IMG/VR virus record: IMGVR_UViG_3300025103_000122
Location: 1-27,654 of that record
Strand: one strand, 5' to 3'
From: a virus
Lineage: Duplodnaviria; Caudoviricetes
DNA: 27,654 bases
A program made the translations under genes and the position numbers. Positions 24,875 through 27,654 of the stretch are shown here, one piece after another; position 1 is the stretch's first letter, and each line of letters starts with the position of its first letter. The notes beneath the pieces were generated by a model. The model saw nothing but the letters and a program-made list of their open reading frames with translations. It ran no database searches and was not told where the DNA came from.

Positions 24875-25884
24875 GTGAAGCGACTGAAACCACAATAACG
24901 GACATCGATAGTGCTATAAGTAGCATTGTTGAACCGATGGAAGATACAACTGAAGAAGTAACTGAAGAAGTTCAGGCAACAGAGGAAGCTACCGAGGTAG
25001 TAGAGACTGCTGAATCTGAAGAAACTACAGAAGTTGAAGAAGAAACAGAAGAAGAAGCTGAAGAAATTGAAGCATCTGATTCTGAGGATGACGTAGACCA
25101 AATAGATGATGCCAGTTCAGAAGCGCCTGAAAGTCAAAATTCATTTACTGTTAAGGTAGATGGGGTTGAACAACAGGTAACCTTAGAGGACTTAAAGCAA
25201 GGCTATAGTGGGCAAAAGTATGTCCAACAAGGAATGCAAGATGTTGCAGCACAAAAGAAAGAAGCTGAAGCAGTTTACACTTCCTTGACTAATGAACGTC
25301 AGCAATTAGCTGAGTTATATCAATCGCTACAAAATGGTAATGTTGCAGCACCTCCTCAGAAACCTACAAAAGAATTGTTTGATGCCGATCCTATCGGGTA
25401 TATGAAACAAAACTTAGAGTATGAAGAACAGAAGGGGCAGTATGATGCACAAATGGCGCAATTACATCAGGTATCACAACAATCAAGTGAAGCTGAAGCA
25501 ACTGCAAAACAAGCGTATCTAAATGAACAAATGCAAATATTACAACGTGAAATTCCTGATTTCGCAGACTCTAAAAGAGCAACTGCATTAAAGGAACAAC
25601 TGGTAGATTATGGAACTGCACATTATGGTTACACGACTGATGAAGTTTCACAAATTACCGATCACAGAGCGATAAAAGTGCTACATGATGCTATGAAGTA
25701 TCAGGAAATTATTAAAGGCAAGTCACAGGCTAAGACTAAAACTAAGTCTGCGAAACCGATGGTAAAACCAGGCGCTAAGAAAATGGCAACGCCAAATGCT
25801 AAAATACGTTCACGCCAAAAGGCAAAACTGAAGGGTTCAGGTAGCATCGATGATGCCTTGGACTTAATTTTAAATACAACATAA
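24871..25884 (+). CDS. Capsid scaffolding protein
   Basis: Very acidic N-terminus, VKVDGVEQQVTLEDLKQGY, coiled coil and basic C-terminus; immediately upstream of the capsid gene. Confidence 0.88.
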   Translation: MSEATETTITDIDSAISSIVEPMEDTTEEVTEEVQATEEATEVVETAESEETTEVEEETEEEAEEIEASDSEDDVDQIDDASSEAPESQNSFTVKVDGVEQQVTLEDLKQGYSGQKYVQQGMQDVAAQKKEAEAVYTSLTNERQQLAELYQSLQNGNVAAPPQKPTKELFDADPIGYMKQNLEYEEQKGQYDAQMAQLHQVSQQSSEAEATAKQAYLNEQMQILQREIPDFADSKRATALKEQLVDYGTAHYGYTTDEVSQITDHRAIKVLHDAMKYQEIIKGKSQAKTKTKSAKPMVKPGAKKMATPNAKIRSRQKAKLKGSGSIDDALDLILNTT

Positions 25885-25896
25885 TGGAGAATTATT

Positions 25897-26847
25897 ATGG
25901 CGCAACCCAGCAATACTTTCGACAGTTATGACGTAGCAGGCATCCGAGAAGATTTATCTAACGTAATTCACGATATATCGCCGGAAGAAACTCCTTTCTA
26001 CTCAAGCTGTTCTAAAGTCAAAGCAACAAACACCAACCATGAGTGGCAAACTGATGCATTACGCAGTTCAGCCGCCAATGCTCATATTGAAGGTGATAAT
26101 ACAACAGGTGAAGCAAGAACCCCAACTACTCGTTTGGGCAACCAATGCCAAATCTTTAAGAACGCAGTCGTTATCCCTGATACTGACTCAGGTCTTGATA
26201 AGGCAGGTCGTGCTTCAGAGATGGCATATCAGACACTCAAGATCGCTAAAGAGCAGAAGCTCGATATCGAGAAGGCTTTGTTTGATAACAATGCAAAGGT
26301 GGTAGGATCAAACTCAGCGGCTCGTGAATTAGCAGGCGCACCAGTTTGGTTCACTTCTACTATTCAGAACAAAGGTTCAGGTGGCGCACACGCTAACGGA
26401 ACTGGTTCTAATGCTCGTACAGATGGAGCGCAAACTGTATTCAATCAAGATAAGTTTGATGCAACTATGCAATCTATTTGGGAGAAAGGTGGAAACCCTG
26501 ATACTGTTTATCTGAGTGCTTTTCAGATGAACAAGGCATTAGCCTTCACAGGTAATAACAACCAAAGATCAACTGTTCAGGCAGGTAATGAGAAGGTTGT
26601 TAAGTCTTTGGATGTTTATGTGACTCCGTGGGGAACTATTGAGTTCCAACCTACTAGGGAGAATCGTTCTCGTGACGTTTTCGTTATGCAAGACGATATG
26701 TGGGCAGTAGCTGTTCTTAGACCTACTAAGAATGTTGCACTAGCAAAAACAGGTGATGCAGAGACTCGTCAAGTTGTGACTGAGTTGACTCTCGTTTGTA
26801 AGAATGAGAAAGCATCAGGTATGATTGCAGACTGCTCTACTTCTTAA
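25897..26847 (+). CDS. Major capsid protein (DUF5309/SU10-like)
   Basis: GIREDLSNVI.DISPEETPF, HEWQTDAL, KEQKLDIEKAL and LAKTGDAE motifs. Confidence 0.92.
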   Translation: MAQPSNTFDSYDVAGIREDLSNVIHDISPEETPFYSSCSKVKATNTNHEWQTDALRSSAANAHIEGDNTTGEARTPTTRLGNQCQIFKNAVVIPDTDSGLDKAGRASEMAYQTLKIAKEQKLDIEKALFDNNAKVVGSNSAARELAGAPVWFTSTIQNKGSGGAHANGTGSNARTDGAQTVFNQDKFDATMQSIWEKGGNPDTVYLSAFQMNKALAFTGNNNQRSTVQAGNEKVVKSLDVYVTPWGTIEFQPTRENRSRDVFVMQDDMWAVAVLRPTKNVALAKTGDAETRQVVTELTLVCKNEKASGMIADCSTS

Positions 26848-26863
26848 TGAGGTAGAATAGTGT

Positions 26864-26941
26864 TGTGGGGAGTCCTCCTTAATCTCCCCACACTTTTCAT
26901 GTAACATTAAGATGGGGAGTCTGAGTTAAGCTCCCCACCTT
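26864..26941 (+). terminator. Tandem duplicated hairpins after the capsid gene
   Basis: TGTGGGGAG/CTCCCCACA followed by CTTTT, and TGGGGAGT/GCTCCCCA followed by CCTT. Confidence 0.7.
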
Positions 26942-26972
26942 ACAAAAGGAAAGATATGCGAAATTATAGTTT

Positions 26973-27263
26973 ATGAAAATTAAAGAACAAGTACATCATG
27001 ACACAACTAATGGTAAGATTATTGTCAAGAGTACATATGACAACAACCCTGTACTTGAAAGGGTAGAGCAACTGAATCAAGCAAAAGTTGGTCTAACTGG
27101 TGAAAGTAGGTTAGTTGGATCGATACCCATTCATATCATTAAAATGTGGTGTGATGAAGAAGGTATCAAATGGAGTGATATAGAAGCTCGTAGGGATGTC
27201 ATGAAGAAAAAAATTCTTAGTGGCGATTTCGATAAACTTCGAGTGTGGAAAGGTACTTTTTAA
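26973..27263 (+). CDS. Hypothetical protein downstream of the capsid gene
   Basis: 96 aa; LVGSIP...WCDEEGI...FDKLRVWKG. Confidence 0.8.
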   Translation: MKIKEQVHHDTTNGKIIVKSTYDNNPVLERVEQLNQAKVGLTGESRLVGSIPIHIIKMWCDEEGIKWSDIEARRDVMKKKILSGDFDKLRVWKGTF

Positions 27264-27280
27264 ATTAATGGAGAACAAGC

Positions 27281-27654
27281 ATGGCTGATACAACTACTTC
27301 AACGTACTCTTTGGTTAAGCCTGAAGTGGGAGCTTCGGCAGACTCTTGGGGTGGAAAGTTAAATACAAACTTAGATACAATTGACAACCTGTTAGATGGT
27401 GGAGCGCAAATTTCTCCTGATTTAACAGATTTAGAGATTGATGGAACAATTGTAACAACAACTCCTGCTGAGTTAAACCTAATAGATGGTGGCACAGCAA
27501 GAGGTACAGATGCAGTTGCAACTGGTGATGGCATCCTAATCAACGATGGTGGAACAATGAAAATGACCAATGTTGATACTGTACGAACATACATGGAAGC
27601 AGATTCCGTTCCATTAGCAGGTGGAACAATGACAGGTGATTTACTAATGGGTGC
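27281..27654 (+). CDS. Tail fibre protein, N-terminal part (runs off the right edge)
   Basis: Not in the ORF track. GGAG SD, then [36 protein letters not shown]...[11 protein letters not shown], open to the edge. Confidence 0.85.
   Translation, partial: MADTTTSTYSLVKPEVGASADSWGGKLNTNLDTIDNLLDGGAQISPDLTDLEIDGTIVTTTPAELNLIDGGTARGTDAVATGDGILINDGGTMKMTNVDTVRTYMEADSVPLAGGTMTGDLLMG

Larger units (their letters stand above)
1..27654. mobile_element. Tailed dsDNA bacteriophage genome segment (short-tailed, P22/podovirus-like morphogenesis genes, lambdoid-style divergent layout)
   Basis: Terminase, portal, scaffold, capsid, tail, SSB, annealing protein and nin-type genes are tightly packed with ATGA/TAATG overlaps. 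No tape measure or sheath gene and no host housekeeping genes are seen. Confidence 0.97.

Noticed and set aside
24931-25090. GAA-rich quasi-repeat DNA
   Set aside because: Explained by the acidic N-terminus of the scaffolding protein.
26866-26938. Mini-CRISPR array
   Set aside because: Only two units with a 21-nt gap, no cas gene, and the position fits terminators.
27265-27594. Minus-strand 109-aa ORF in the track
   Set aside because: Antisense shadow of the tail fibre gene starting at 27281.

Overview
The whole window is part of an AT-rich tailed dsDNA phage genome with a short-tailed, P22/podovirus-like virion module. A leftward early arm (1-4586) encodes SSB, a Sak/Rad52-like annealing protein, a lipoprotein, an HExxH protein and small hypotheticals. 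An 830-bp gap without ORFs (4599-5431) follows. The rightward arm encodes a single HTH regulator, VRR-NUC, DUF1364 and NinB nin-type genes, TerS and TerL, a 1196-aa multidomain protein, tail adaptor/nozzle and ejection-type proteins, then portal, scaffold, major capsid and the start of a tail fibre. No integrase, CI-type repressor, replication initiator, helicase, polymerase or lysis gene is recognisable in the window. The main novelty is in the gap: a densely base-paired ~570-nt + strand RNA candidate (4801-5374) whose 5' part is overlapped by a ~70-nt antisense transcript with its own sigma70 promoter and terminator. It sits where lambdoid phages keep their control and replication genes, an arrangement reminiscent of ColE1 RNAII/RNAI. 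Other points are a complete -1 frameshift cassette in an ejection-type gene, three copies of an operator, hairpin loops complementary to Shine-Dalgarno (SD) sequences, and a GLL motif confined to putative injected proteins. All calls come from reading motifs and base pairing by eye; no searches or folding programs were run.
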